Shown here piece by piece: positions 17,424-26,042 of a DNA stretch of 64,000 nucleotides. The number at the start of each line of letters is the position of its first letter. Positions within the stretch are counted from its first letter, which is position 1. The translations under genes were made by a program, and so were the position numbers. Source of the stretch: Gammaproteobacteria bacterium (lineage in GTDB: Bacteria; Pseudomonadota; Gammaproteobacteria; Natronospirales; JAIVGZ01); the NCBI GenBank assembly GCA_040882865.1, contig JBBEAN010000014.1, positions 26,565 through 90,564 of the forward strand, read 5' to 3'. The notes beneath the pieces are model-generated. The model did no database searches, was not told where the DNA came from, and was given only the letters and a program-made list of their open reading frames with translations.

Positions 17424-17552
17424 ATAATATCAGGTAGTTATCATAGAAACAACTGGAATTATGTCCGGCGGAATGTCCGATTAAATGTCGTAGATGGCGA
17501 AGTATTAATAACAGGGTCAAGTGTGCCGCCGAGCCCGTCGGCGCTCAGGTAG
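17424..17552 (+). pseudogene. Possible displaced 3' fragment of the amidohydrolase gene at 3-593
   Basis: Translation IISGSYHRNNWNYVRRNVRLNVVDGEVLITGSS...* has the spacing and the terminal V-V-D-G-E-V-hydrophobic signature of the amidohydrolase-3 C-terminus, which is the part missing from the left copy. The match is weak and judged by eye only. Confidence 0.3.
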
Positions 17553-17585
17553 AATGGCGGCCCTCAGACATCCCGAGGGCCTGCA

Positions 17586-18728
17586 TTGCTTACCCTGATC
17601 AAGAACGCGCATGTCTTCGCGCCCGAAGACCGTGGAATCGTGCATCTTCTCGTCGGCGCCGGACGCATCCTCTGGATGGGCGCGGACCTTGCCGAGTTTG
17701 GGACTATGGCGGCTGCTTCGACGGTCGACCTGGAAGGCCGCCGCCTGATTCCGGGCATCATCGACGGCCATGCGCACGTCACCGGCGGTGGCGGTGAAGC
17801 GGGTTTCGCGACGCGCATTCCGCCGGTTCCGATCGAGCGGTTCATTCTGGCTGGCGTGACGGGCGTGGTGGGTGTGCTCGGGACGGACGACACGACGCGC
17901 GATACGCGCTCGCTGGTCGCACAGACGCTGTCGCTCCGCGAGCAGGGGATGGGCGCGTGGTGTCATACCGGCGGCTACCACGTACCACCGGTCACTTTTA
18001 CGGGCAGCGTGCGCGATGACATCGTGTTCATCGATCCGATCATCGGCGTCGGCGAGCTCGCGCTCAGCGACCATCGTTCGAGCCAGCCGACACTAGAAGA
18101 GCTGCTGCGCATCGCCAGCGATGTGTATGTGGCCGGCATGATCGGGGCGAAGGCGGGCATCGTGCACCTGCATATGGGCGACGGCGCGCGGGGGCTCGAC
18201 CTCGTCCGCCGCGCGCTCGAGACCTCCGAGCTGCCGGCGCGCGTGTTCAACCCGACCCATGTGAACCGTCGCACTTCGCTGTTCGATGAAGCGCTCGAGC
18301 TCGCGCGCAAAGGCTGCACCATCGACATCACCGCCTACCCGGACGCGGAGAAGGGCGACGGCTACGGCGCCGCCGATGCGTTGCAACGCTACCTGGGTTC
18401 TGGCGCGCCAGCCGCCCGCGTCACGCTCAGTTCGGATGGCGGCGGCTGCTTGCCGAACTTCGACGCCGAAGGGGTGATGCTCGACTGGGATGTCGGCAAT
18501 CCGGCGAGCCTGACCGACACGCTGCGGACTGTGCTGAACGATGGCGTTGACCTCGCCGAGGTGCTGCCGGCGTTCACCGCAAACGTCGCGGACTTATTGC
18601 GCCTGCGGAATCGCGGCCGTATTGCGGCCGGAATGATCGCCGACCTCGTCGTGCTCGATGCCGCGCACGGCGTCAGCGATGTGATGCTCGCCGGCAAGTG
18701 GCGACTGCGTGATGGGGTGATGAGCTGA
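17586..18728 (+). CDS. iadA: Isoaspartyl dipeptidase
   Basis: TTG start. MLTLIKNAHVFAPEDRGIVHLLV... parallels the E. coli IadA N-terminus. HAHVTGGGGE metal motif. 380 aa. Confidence 0.85.
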   Translation: MLTLIKNAHVFAPEDRGIVHLLVGAGRILWMGADLAEFGTMAAASTVDLEGRRLIPGIIDGHAHVTGGGGEAGFATRIPPVPIERFILAGVTGVVGVLGTDDTTRDTRSLVAQTLSLREQGMGAWCHTGGYHVPPVTFTGSVRDDIVFIDPIIGVGELALSDHRSSQPTLEELLRIASDVYVAGMIGAKAGIVHLHMGDGARGLDLVRRALETSELPARVFNPTHVNRRTSLFDEALELARKGCTIDITAYPDAEKGDGYGAADALQRYLGSGAPAARVTLSSDGGGCLPNFDAEGVMLDWDVGNPASLTDTLRTVLNDGVDLAEVLPAFTANVADLLRLRNRGRIAAGMIADLVVLDAAHGVSDVMLAGKWRLRDGVMS

Positions 18729-19546
18729 TGCCGTCCGGCGAGCGTGACAACGAAAAACGCGGTTACATCATTCCCATCGGGGGCGCCGAGGACAAGCTCA
18801 ACGACCCCGAGATCCTCGAACGCTTCATCGCCGAGTGTGGCGGCAAGTCGGCGCGCGTCGCGATTATCCCGACCGCGTCGGAGCTCGAGGAAACGGGGCG
18901 GACCTACGAGAAGCTGTTCCGAAAGTTCGGCATCAAGCACGCGGCGGTACTGCCGATCGTCACGCGCGACGACTGCAAGTCGCAGGAGAACGTCGACTAC
19001 ATCGGCAAATCCGATGGCGTGTTTTTGACCGGTGGCAACCAGATCCGCCTGTCGACGACACTCGGTGGCACGCCGGTCGCGCAGACCATTCGCCGCCGCA
19101 ATGCAGCGGGCATGCACGTCGCCGGCACCTCGGCCGGCGCCGCATTCCTCGCCGAGCACATGATTGCCGGCGGTAGCGAGGGCAGCACGCCGTCGCCGGA
19201 CAAAGTGACGATGGCGCCGGGCCTCGGGCTGACCAACAGCTTTATCATCGACCAGCACTTCCGCCAGCGCGACCGACTGGGGCGCCTCTTGACGGCGCTC
19301 GCGTACAACCCGTTCGCGCTCGGCATCGGCCTCGACGAGGACACCGCGGCGTTTATCCGTCCGGGCGACGACCTGGAAGTGGTCGGCAGCGGTGGCGTGA
19401 CGCTCATCGACCCCAGCGACTTGAAGTATTCTTCGATGGACCGGGCCCGCGACGGCGAGCCGGTGAGTTTGATTGGGGTCAAGCTACACATCCTTGTAGC
19501 CGGCGGTCGCTTCGAGGTCGTTTCGAGGACCGCCCACGCGGAGTGA
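18728..19546 (+). CDS. cphB: Cyanophycinase (S51 peptidase), no signal peptide
   Basis: GYIIPIGGAEDK, FLTGGNQ and GTSAGA motifs. Its start overlaps the iadA stop (TGATG). Confidence 0.85.
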   Translation: MPSGERDNEKRGYIIPIGGAEDKLNDPEILERFIAECGGKSARVAIIPTASELEETGRTYEKLFRKFGIKHAAVLPIVTRDDCKSQENVDYIGKSDGVFLTGGNQIRLSTTLGGTPVAQTIRRRNAAGMHVAGTSAGAAFLAEHMIAGGSEGSTPSPDKVTMAPGLGLTNSFIIDQHFRQRDRLGRLLTALAYNPFALGIGLDEDTAAFIRPGDDLEVVGSGGVTLIDPSDLKYSSMDRARDGEPVSLIGVKLHILVAGGRFEVVSRTAHAE

Positions 19547-19550
19547 GTCG

Positions 19551-22337
19551 ATGAAAATCGTGAGCACCAACATCTATGTTGGGCCCAACCTCTACGCACA
19601 CTTCCCGGTAATCCGGTATGTGCTGGACCTTGGGGAACTCGAGCAGTGGCCGACGAGCCGGCTCGGGGACGCTTACGTCGACGCATTGTTGGAGCGGCTC
19701 CCCGGGCTGCACGAGCACGGCTGCTCGTATCGGGAGCCCGGCGGCTTCGTACGTCGGTTGCGCGAAGGCGAGGGCACTTGGCTCGGCCATGTGATGGAAC
19801 ATGTCGCGATCGAGCTGCAGAATGTCGCCGGCTCGCAGGTGACTTTCGGCCGTACGCGCTCGATCGACGGCCAGCCCGGTCATTACACGATGGTGTTCCA
19901 GTACGAGGACGAGGAAGTCGGTCGATTAGCCGGCGAGCTCGCGCTCGCGCTGTTGCACCACCTTCTGCCCGCAACACTGAAACCTGAAGGCGCCCCCGGC
20001 GCTGATTGGGACTTCGCCGAAGAGCGCGACGCGTTCATCCGCTACGCGCAGCGGCGTGCGTTCGGACCGAGCACCGCGTCGCTGGTGCGCGCCGCCGAAG
20101 AGCGGGGCATCCCGTGGATCCGCCTGAACCGGCAAAGCCTCGTGCAGTTCGGCCATGGGCGCCACCAGCAGCGCATTCAGGCGACGACCACGAGCCGCAC
20201 CGGCAACATCGCGGTCGAACTTGCATCGGACAAGGAAGAAACCAACCACATCCTGCGCGACCTCGGCTTACCAGTCCCATCGCAGCGCATCGCGCAATCC
20301 GTACGCGACGCGGTACGAGCCGCGCAACGAATCGGATACCCGGTCGTACTGAAGCCGCTAGCCGGCAACCATGGTCGAGGCGTGTCGATCAACCTGCAGA
20401 CGCCCGAAGAGGTCGAGGTAGCGTTCAACAAGGCGGCAGAACACGGCCGCAATATCGTCGTCGAGTCGTACATCGAGGGCTTCGACCACCGGCTCCTGGT
20501 CATCAACGGCGAGCTCGTCGCCGCCGCGAAGCGCTTACCCGGCCATGTGGTCGGCGACGGCAAGCACACGGTTGAAGCGCTCGTCGACATCGTCAACCAA
20601 GACCCCCGCCGCGGCGTCGGCCACGAGAAAGTTCTCACGCGGATCGAGTTCGACCACCAGGCGGAGCGATTGCTCGCGCGGCTCGGCTATGACCGAACGA
20701 CCGTACCGCCGGCCGGTGAGACGGTGTACCTGCGCTCGACCGCGAACCTGTCGACCGGTGGCACGGCGATCGATGTCACCGACGAAATTCATCCGGACAA
20801 TCGCGAGATGGCGATCCGCGCGATCAAGGCAATCGGCCTCGACATCGGCGGCGTCGACTTTCTGACGACCGACATCTCGCTGTCGTACCGCGAGGCCGGC
20901 GGCGGCATTTGCGAAGTGAACGCCGGACCGGGATTCCGTATGCATGTCGCGCCGAGCGAGGGCACGCCGCGTGACGTCGCAGGCCCTGTGCTCGACATGC
21001 TGTTCCCGCCCGATGCGCCGAGCCGCATCCCCATTGCGGCGATCACCGGCACGAACGGCAAGACGACGACCTCGCGCATGCTCGCGCATATCCTGAAAAT
21101 GAACGGCTATACGGTTGGCCTGACTTCGACCGACGGCGTGTACATCGACGGTGAGCTCAGCGTCTCCGGCGACATGACCGGCCCAGTGTCGGCGCGCATC
21201 ATCCTGCGCGACCCGACGGTCAACGCCGCGGTGCTGGAGACCGCGCGGGGCGGCATGCTACGCAGCGGCATGGGTTACCCGAGCTGCAACGTCGCGTGCT
21301 GTCTGAATGTCACCGCCGATCACCTCGGGCTCGGCGGCATCGACACACTCGAGCAGCTCGCGCAGGTGAAGCGCATTCCGATCGAAGTCGCGACCGATGC
21401 GGCGGTGCTGAACGCGGACGATCCCTATTGCCTGCAGATGGCCGATTACACCGACGCGAAGCGGCTCAGCTATGTGACGATGAATCCCTCGCACCCGCTT
21501 GTTAAAGCGCACATCCGGGCAGGCGGCCAGGCGTTCGTGCTCGAGGAGGGGATGAACGGGCACATGGTGACGGTGTACGACCGCGAGAAGCATATGCCGC
21601 TATTGTGGACGCACCTGATCCCGGCGACGCTCGAGGGCCGCGCGCTACACAACGTACAGAACGCGATGTTCGCCGCGGCGCTTGCGTACAACATGGGCTT
21701 GTCACTCGAGGACATCCGGCAGGGGCTGCGTACTTTCGACGCGACCTTCTTCCAGACCCCGGGCCGGATGAACATGTATACCGAGCATCCGTTCCGCGTG
21801 ATCATGGACTACGCGCACAACCCGGCCGCAGTGCGCGCCATGTGCGCGTTGGTCGACCGCTTCGAGATCGAGGGCAAGCGCATCGTCGTGCTATCGGCGC
21901 CCGGTGACCGGCGCGACGAAGACATCAACGAGATTGCCGATATCGCCGCGCCGCACTTCGATCACTTCATCTGCCGCTGCGATGATCGTCGTCGTGGGCG
22001 TGGTCACGACGAGGTCGCGCAGATGATCAAGGCGCGGCTGCTGCACAACGGCATTACTGCTGACCGCATCGAGGTCGTTCCCGAAGAGCCTGACGCGGTC
22101 ACCCGCGCGCTTGAATTCGCAGAGCCGGGCGATTTGGTGCTGGTGCTCGCAGACATGGTCAAGCGAACCTGGAAGCAAATCATCTACTTCAACTCCGGCG
22201 GCAAGGCGAAGCCGGAGGTGCGCAATCGGGTTGAGCGTTCTGCGCCGAGCGAAGCCGATTCGTTCCGGCTGGACGAGAACGTCGAACTGATCAGCGACGA
22301 GCGCGGCGTGCGCATCGCCCGGGAGGCGGGCGACTAG
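19551..22337 (+). CDS. cphA: Cyanophycin synthetase (N domain, ATP-grasp and Mur-ligase-like domain)
   Basis: 928 aa. ATP-grasp region (VVLKPLAGNHGRGV) followed by the Mur-ligase P-loop ITGTNGKTTTSRM. Confidence 0.9.
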   Translation: MKIVSTNIYVGPNLYAHFPVIRYVLDLGELEQWPTSRLGDAYVDALLERLPGLHEHGCSYREPGGFVRRLREGEGTWLGHVMEHVAIELQNVAGSQVTFGRTRSIDGQPGHYTMVFQYEDEEVGRLAGELALALLHHLLPATLKPEGAPGADWDFAEERDAFIRYAQRRAFGPSTASLVRAAEERGIPWIRLNRQSLVQFGHGRHQQRIQATTTSRTGNIAVELASDKEETNHILRDLGLPVPSQRIAQSVRDAVRAAQRIGYPVVLKPLAGNHGRGVSINLQTPEEVEVAFNKAAEHGRNIVVESYIEGFDHRLLVINGELVAAAKRLPGHVVGDGKHTVEALVDIVNQDPRRGVGHEKVLTRIEFDHQAERLLARLGYDRTTVPPAGETVYLRSTANLSTGGTAIDVTDEIHPDNREMAIRAIKAIGLDIGGVDFLTTDISLSYREAGGGICEVNAGPGFRMHVAPSEGTPRDVAGPVLDMLFPPDAPSRIPIAAITGTNGKTTTSRMLAHILKMNGYTVGLTSTDGVYIDGELSVSGDMTGPVSARIILRDPTVNAAVLETARGGMLRSGMGYPSCNVACCLNVTADHLGLGGIDTLEQLAQVKRIPIEVATDAAVLNADDPYCLQMADYTDAKRLSYVTMNPSHPLVKAHIRAGGQAFVLEEGMNGHMVTVYDREKHMPLLWTHLIPATLEGRALHNVQNAMFAAALAYNMGLSLEDIRQGLRTFDATFFQTPGRMNMYTEHPFRVIMDYAHNPAAVRAMCALVDRFEIEGKRIVVLSAPGDRRDEDINEIADIAAPHFDHFICRCDDRRRGRGHDEVAQMIKARLLHNGITADRIEVVPEEPDAVTRALEFAEPGDLVLVLADMVKRTWKQIIYFNSGGKAKPEVRNRVERSAPSEADSFRLDENVELISDERGVRIAREAGD

Positions 22338-22340
22338 CGC

Positions 22341-23972
22341 ATGCAGTTCGTTGACTGCAGACGACTGACCGGCCCGAACTCGTTGTGGGACCGGCCCTCG
22401 GTGGTGCTCGATGTCGCCTGTTCCCCCGACGAAGCGCGCGCGTTCCAGCCGCAATGGGAAGCCGCGGTATTGCGCATGTACGCGGCGCTCGGGTGGGACG
22501 CCCCGGTCTTCCACGCGGCACCCTTTACGGCGGGAATCAGCGTCGCGTTCGATGCGCCAATCGACCGGCTATACGCCGGCATTGCCGTTGCCGAATGGGC
22601 GTGGGCCGAATGCACCGGCGAGGCAGTGGATTTCGACGAGACCGTGTCGGCCGTCGCGACGCGCGCGGACGACGATGCGAACCCTGCGCTGCTCGCGTTG
22701 CACGCGGCCGCCGTTGCCCACCGGGTCCCCTTCCTATGGGACGACGATTTAGTGTCGGTCGGGCATGGCGCGAGCGCGCTGACCTGGCTGCCGCGCGAGC
22801 TCCCTGCCCCGGAGGCCGTCGATTGGGCATCGCGCGGTCGGATCCGTGTTGCGCTGGTCACCGGCACCAACGGCAAGACCACCACCTCGCGCCTGATCGC
22901 ACACATTCTGCGCACCGCTGGGTATGCGACTGGCCTTACCTCGACCGAAGGCGCGTTTATCGACGCCCAAGTCCTCGACACCGGCGACTACGCGGGGCCC
23001 GGCGGCGCGAGGATGGTGTTGCGCGACCCCGGCGCGCAGGCGGCGGTGCTTGAGACGGCGCGCGGCGGTTTGCTGCGGCGCGGCCTCGGGGTCGAAACCG
23101 CCGACGTGGCGTTAATCACCAACATCGCTGAGGACCACCTCGGCGACTTTGGTTCCCAGACGATGCAGGAATTGCTCGACATCAAGTGGGTGGTGACGCG
23201 CGCGGTGCGCGATGCGGGTCTACTGGTGCTTAACGCCGACGACCCGGCGCTGGTCCAGCAGGCACGCGACTATCCCGGCCGCATCGCATGGTTCAGCCTA
23301 GACCCGGACAAGCCCGTCCATTGCCAACTACGGGGCGACGCGCTGTACCTCGGCGACGAGCGGCTCTGTGCGGCGGCCGAGATTCCGCTGTCCCTGGGTG
23401 GTCTTGCGACGCACAACATTGCGAACGCGTTGGCGGCCGCTGCGGTCTGCGACGGCCTCAAAATCTCCATCGCGCATATCCGTGAAGGGTTACTGACGAT
23501 GGCGCCCGACGCGAACATCGGTCGCGGCAATCTCTATTCGACCGGCGGTTGCCAAGTGCTCGTCGACTTCGCGCACAACCCGCACGCGATGCGCGCGATT
23601 GTGGCGACGGCGCGCGCGTTGCCCGCGCCGCGGCGGCTGCTAGCGTTCTCGCAACCCGGTGATCGCCCCGACGCGCTGATCCGCGAACTCGCGCGCGAAG
23701 CGTGGGCGCTTGACCCGGACTGCGTCGTTGTGTCGGAACTCGAGGTGTACGCGCGGGGGCGCGCACCCGGCGAGGTCGTGGGCATCATCCGCGACGAGTT
23801 GATGCGCTGCGGCGCGCGCGACGAGCAGGTCGTGCATACGCAAACCGAGATTGAGGCGCTCGAGCACGCGCTTGCTTGGGCGCAGCCCGGGGACCTTGTC
23901 GTCATGCTGGCGTTGGCGGAAGGCGCTGCGGTGCGGGCGCGGCTCACCTCGCAAATAGGCGGGGCGCAATAA
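22341..23972 (+). CDS. Cyanophycin-synthetase-like paralog lacking the ATP-grasp domain (N domain plus Mur-ligase-like domain)
   Basis: 543 aa. The N-terminus (RRLTGPNSLWDRPSVVLDV) parallels the CphA N domain, then runs directly into VTGTNGKTTTSRLIAHIL and a Mur-ligase-like body. Starts 3 nt after the cphA stop. Confidence 0.75.
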   Translation: MQFVDCRRLTGPNSLWDRPSVVLDVACSPDEARAFQPQWEAAVLRMYAALGWDAPVFHAAPFTAGISVAFDAPIDRLYAGIAVAEWAWAECTGEAVDFDETVSAVATRADDDANPALLALHAAAVAHRVPFLWDDDLVSVGHGASALTWLPRELPAPEAVDWASRGRIRVALVTGTNGKTTTSRLIAHILRTAGYATGLTSTEGAFIDAQVLDTGDYAGPGGARMVLRDPGAQAAVLETARGGLLRRGLGVETADVALITNIAEDHLGDFGSQTMQELLDIKWVVTRAVRDAGLLVLNADDPALVQQARDYPGRIAWFSLDPDKPVHCQLRGDALYLGDERLCAAAEIPLSLGGLATHNIANALAAAAVCDGLKISIAHIREGLLTMAPDANIGRGNLYSTGGCQVLVDFAHNPHAMRAIVATARALPAPRRLLAFSQPGDRPDALIRELAREAWALDPDCVVVSELEVYARGRAPGEVVGIIRDELMRCGARDEQVVHTQTEIEALEHALAWAQPGDLVVMLALAEGAAVRARLTSQIGGAQ

Positions 23973-24315
23973 ATACGTAAATTGGAACGGCAATCCAGAG
24001 ATCGCCGGCGGCAACGTTGTACTGCTGGAGCATCTCCTGCCAGGAAAGCCCGCCTAAGAGGCCAATGCCGAACTCAAATCCGACGGTGAGGAGCAGCCAG
24101 ACTGTACCGAGCGCCCAAGCTTGGCCCGTAGATTTCAGTGGCCAGCGCTTGAACAGCCACCAGAAGTAGGCCGTGAAGAGCACGAGCAGAAGAACTGTTG
24201 AGAGCTGGTAGGCGACACCAGTCGAGTAGCGCGTCTCGATGAAGAACTCGCGGATGAAGCCGTTGCCGATCGCGATGACCATCAGGCCGAACCACGCGAT
24301 GAGGTAGCGCCACAT
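23944..24315 (-). CDS. Small integral membrane protein
   Basis: 123 aa with 3-4 hydrophobic helices. Convergent 29-nt overlap with the preceding gene. Confidence 0.6.
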   Translation of the reverse strand: MWRYLIAWFGLMVIAIGNGFIREFFIETRYSTGVAYQLSTVLLLVLFTAYFWWLFKRWPLKSTGQAWALGTVWLLLTVGFEFGIGLLGGLSWQEMLQQYNVAAGDLWIAVPIYVFIAPRLFAR

Positions 24316-24683
24316 CAGAGGCGCTCCGGTGCGTCGACGGTGTAGGCGTGGCGCACGTTGCCGGTGTTCAGGGTGCCGGCGGGCTCGAACAGCAGCACGT
24401 GCACTTCGTCGTCGGCCACGGGCTGGTGTTCGACGCCGCGGGGGACAATTAAAAACTCGCCTTCGCTGATGAGTACTTCCTTATCGCGCAGCCGCATGCG
24501 CAGCGTCCCTTTGATGACCAGGAACAGTTCGTCCTCTTCGTCGTGCTGATGCCAGACGAACTCGCCCTTGAGCTTCGCGAGCTTCACGTGCTGGCCGTTG
24601 AGCTCGCCGACGATGCGGGGGCTCCAGTGCTCGCTAATCTGATTGAGCTTGTCGTCGAGATTGACGGAATCCACTTCGCTCAA
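24315..24683 (-). CDS. Cupin domain protein
   Basis: 122 aa. WHQHDEEDELFLVIKG ... VPRGVEHQP cupin motifs. TTG start overlaps the GST stop. Confidence 0.8.
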   Translation of the reverse strand: MSEVDSVNLDDKLNQISEHWSPRIVGELNGQHVKLAKLKGEFVWHQHDEEDELFLVIKGTLRMRLRDKEVLISEGEFLIVPRGVEHQPVADDEVHVLLFEPAGTLNTGNVRHAYTVDAPERL

Positions 24684-25279
24684 CCCATCGGTACGTAGCC
24701 CGGGGTCTCCCGGACGCGGGCGAGCCAGGCTTGCACGGCCATGTAGGGGGTGAGGTCGAAGCCGCCTTCGGCCGCGCAGTGCGTGTATGCGTACAGCGCG
24801 ATGTCGGCGATGGTGTAACGCTCCGCGACGAAGAATGGCTTGTCGGTTAGGTGCTGCTCCATCACGGCGAGCGCGTGGTGACCGCGCTCAAGGCAGTCCT
24901 CGATACGCTTTGCCGTGCCCGGCGGGCTGCCGAGGAATTTCACGAGATAGCGCGCGACGGCGATCGCGGGCTCGTGCGTGTACTGCTCGAAGAACATCCA
25001 CTGCAGCACGCGCGCACGGTCGAGGCGTGAGTCGGGAATCAGCGGTGAGCCTTCGGCGAGGTACCAGAGGCCGGCGTTGGATTCGGGGAGCAACGTGCCG
25101 TCGTCGAACTCGAGGACCGGCACCTTCATGTTCGGGTTCAGCTTGCGGAACTCGGGCGTGCGGGTCTCGCCCCTGACGGAGTTGACCTTGATCCATTCGT
25201 ACGGCAAATCAAGCTGCGTGAGTGCGAGCTTCAGCTTGTAGCAGTTGCCGGATAACGCCATGCCATGTACGCGATACAT
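24680..25279 (-). CDS. Glutathione S-transferase
   Basis: 199 aa from ATG 25279 (MYRVHGMALSGNCYK...). GST N- and C-domain pattern. The 433-aa track ORF is an over-extension. Confidence 0.85.
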   Translation of the reverse strand: MYRVHGMALSGNCYKLKLALTQLDLPYEWIKVNSVRGETRTPEFRKLNPNMKVPVLEFDDGTLLPESNAGLWYLAEGSPLIPDSRLDRARVLQWMFFEQYTHEPAIAVARYLVKFLGSPPGTAKRIEDCLERGHHALAVMEQHLTDKPFFVAERYTIADIALYAYTHCAAEGGFDLTPYMAVQAWLARVRETPGYVPMG

Positions 25280-25284
25280 TGTGG

Positions 25285-25998
25285 TCAGAAGCCCCCCACT
25301 AGCCAAACCCAAAGATACACGCCCGCCGCGGCGGTAGCGACCGTGGCTACGAGCGCGCCGAGTAGCGCGTAATAAAGTCGGACGTCGTAGAAGCGCGTCG
25401 TGGCGACCATGAAGTACACAAGGGGCACGAACATTGCGGCCATGCCGAGCACGAGCTGGGCGGTATCGCCGAGCGGCCCGAATATCCGCAGCGCGGTCGT
25501 CACTACCCGGTGCAGGAGGTAGAACAATGAGATGTGACCGAGCACGTACAGCACGAAGGCCCACGTCTCGACGGTATTGATTCGCGTTCGCGCAAAACAG
25601 ATTCGCAGGCTGGCGACGGCCACCGGCGTGACCAACAACAGGAATACGGGCAGGTTGACCGCGAGGGCATTGCGCCACGCGGGCAGGTCCGGGGCGGGGG
25701 CGGCGGCGCCGGGCCCCGTCGTCAATAGCGAGTACAGCAAGATCGTGTAGAACGCGTATTTCAGGGGATGGACGTAGGCGGACCGCCGACCGGCGACGAA
25801 GCGCCGGGGTAAGCCGCCGGGGTCCACGGTTAGTTCCCGAACCGTGCGAAGCCAGGGCAGGTTGCCGTCGAATAACTGGTCGCGGAGGTGGGTGACGATG
25901 TCGCGCCACCCGAGCCTGGCGACGGCACCGCTCTGGCCGCACTCCGCACAGAAGCGCCGCGTCTCGAGCGTCGACCCACAATTGAGGCAGTCCGCCAT
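25285..25998 (-). CDS. DUF3667-like zinc-ribbon membrane protein
   Basis: N-terminal CLNCGSTLETRRFCAECG zinc ribbon followed by several TM helices. Confidence 0.7.
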   Translation of the reverse strand: MADCLNCGSTLETRRFCAECGQSGAVARLGWRDIVTHLRDQLFDGNLPWLRTVRELTVDPGGLPRRFVAGRRSAYVHPLKYAFYTILLYSLLTTGPGAAAPAPDLPAWRNALAVNLPVFLLLVTPVAVASLRICFARTRINTVETWAFVLYVLGHISLFYLLHRVVTTALRIFGPLGDTAQLVLGMAAMFVPLVYFMVATTRFYDVRLYYALLGALVATVATAAAGVYLWVWLVGGF

Positions 25999-26042
25999 CG
26001 TGGATTAGATGCTAATCGCGGCACCGGCCCGTGTAAACTTCA

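Noticed and set aside
470-17560. Search for an integrase, tRNA/tmRNA target, direct att repeats, a CRISPR array or a retron-like ncRNA in or at the borders of the island
   Set aside because: Reading both strands found none. The intergenic gaps are short and lack tRNA-like or repeat-spacer structure.
18389-19977. Long minus-strand ORFs (289 aa and 326 aa) antisense to the cyanophycinase and cphA genes
   Set aside because: Their Arg/Ala/Pro-rich, low-complexity translations are typical of GC-driven shadow frames, while the opposite strand encodes well-recognised proteins.
25280-25981. Upstream extension of the GST ORF (433-aa track ORF 24680-25981); likewise the methyltransferase ORF 26851-28062
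   Set aside because: The extensions overlap the DUF3667 and DASS genes in other frames and are Arg/Pro-rich. Internal ATGs at 25279 and 27498 give proteins of normal family length with coupled junctions.
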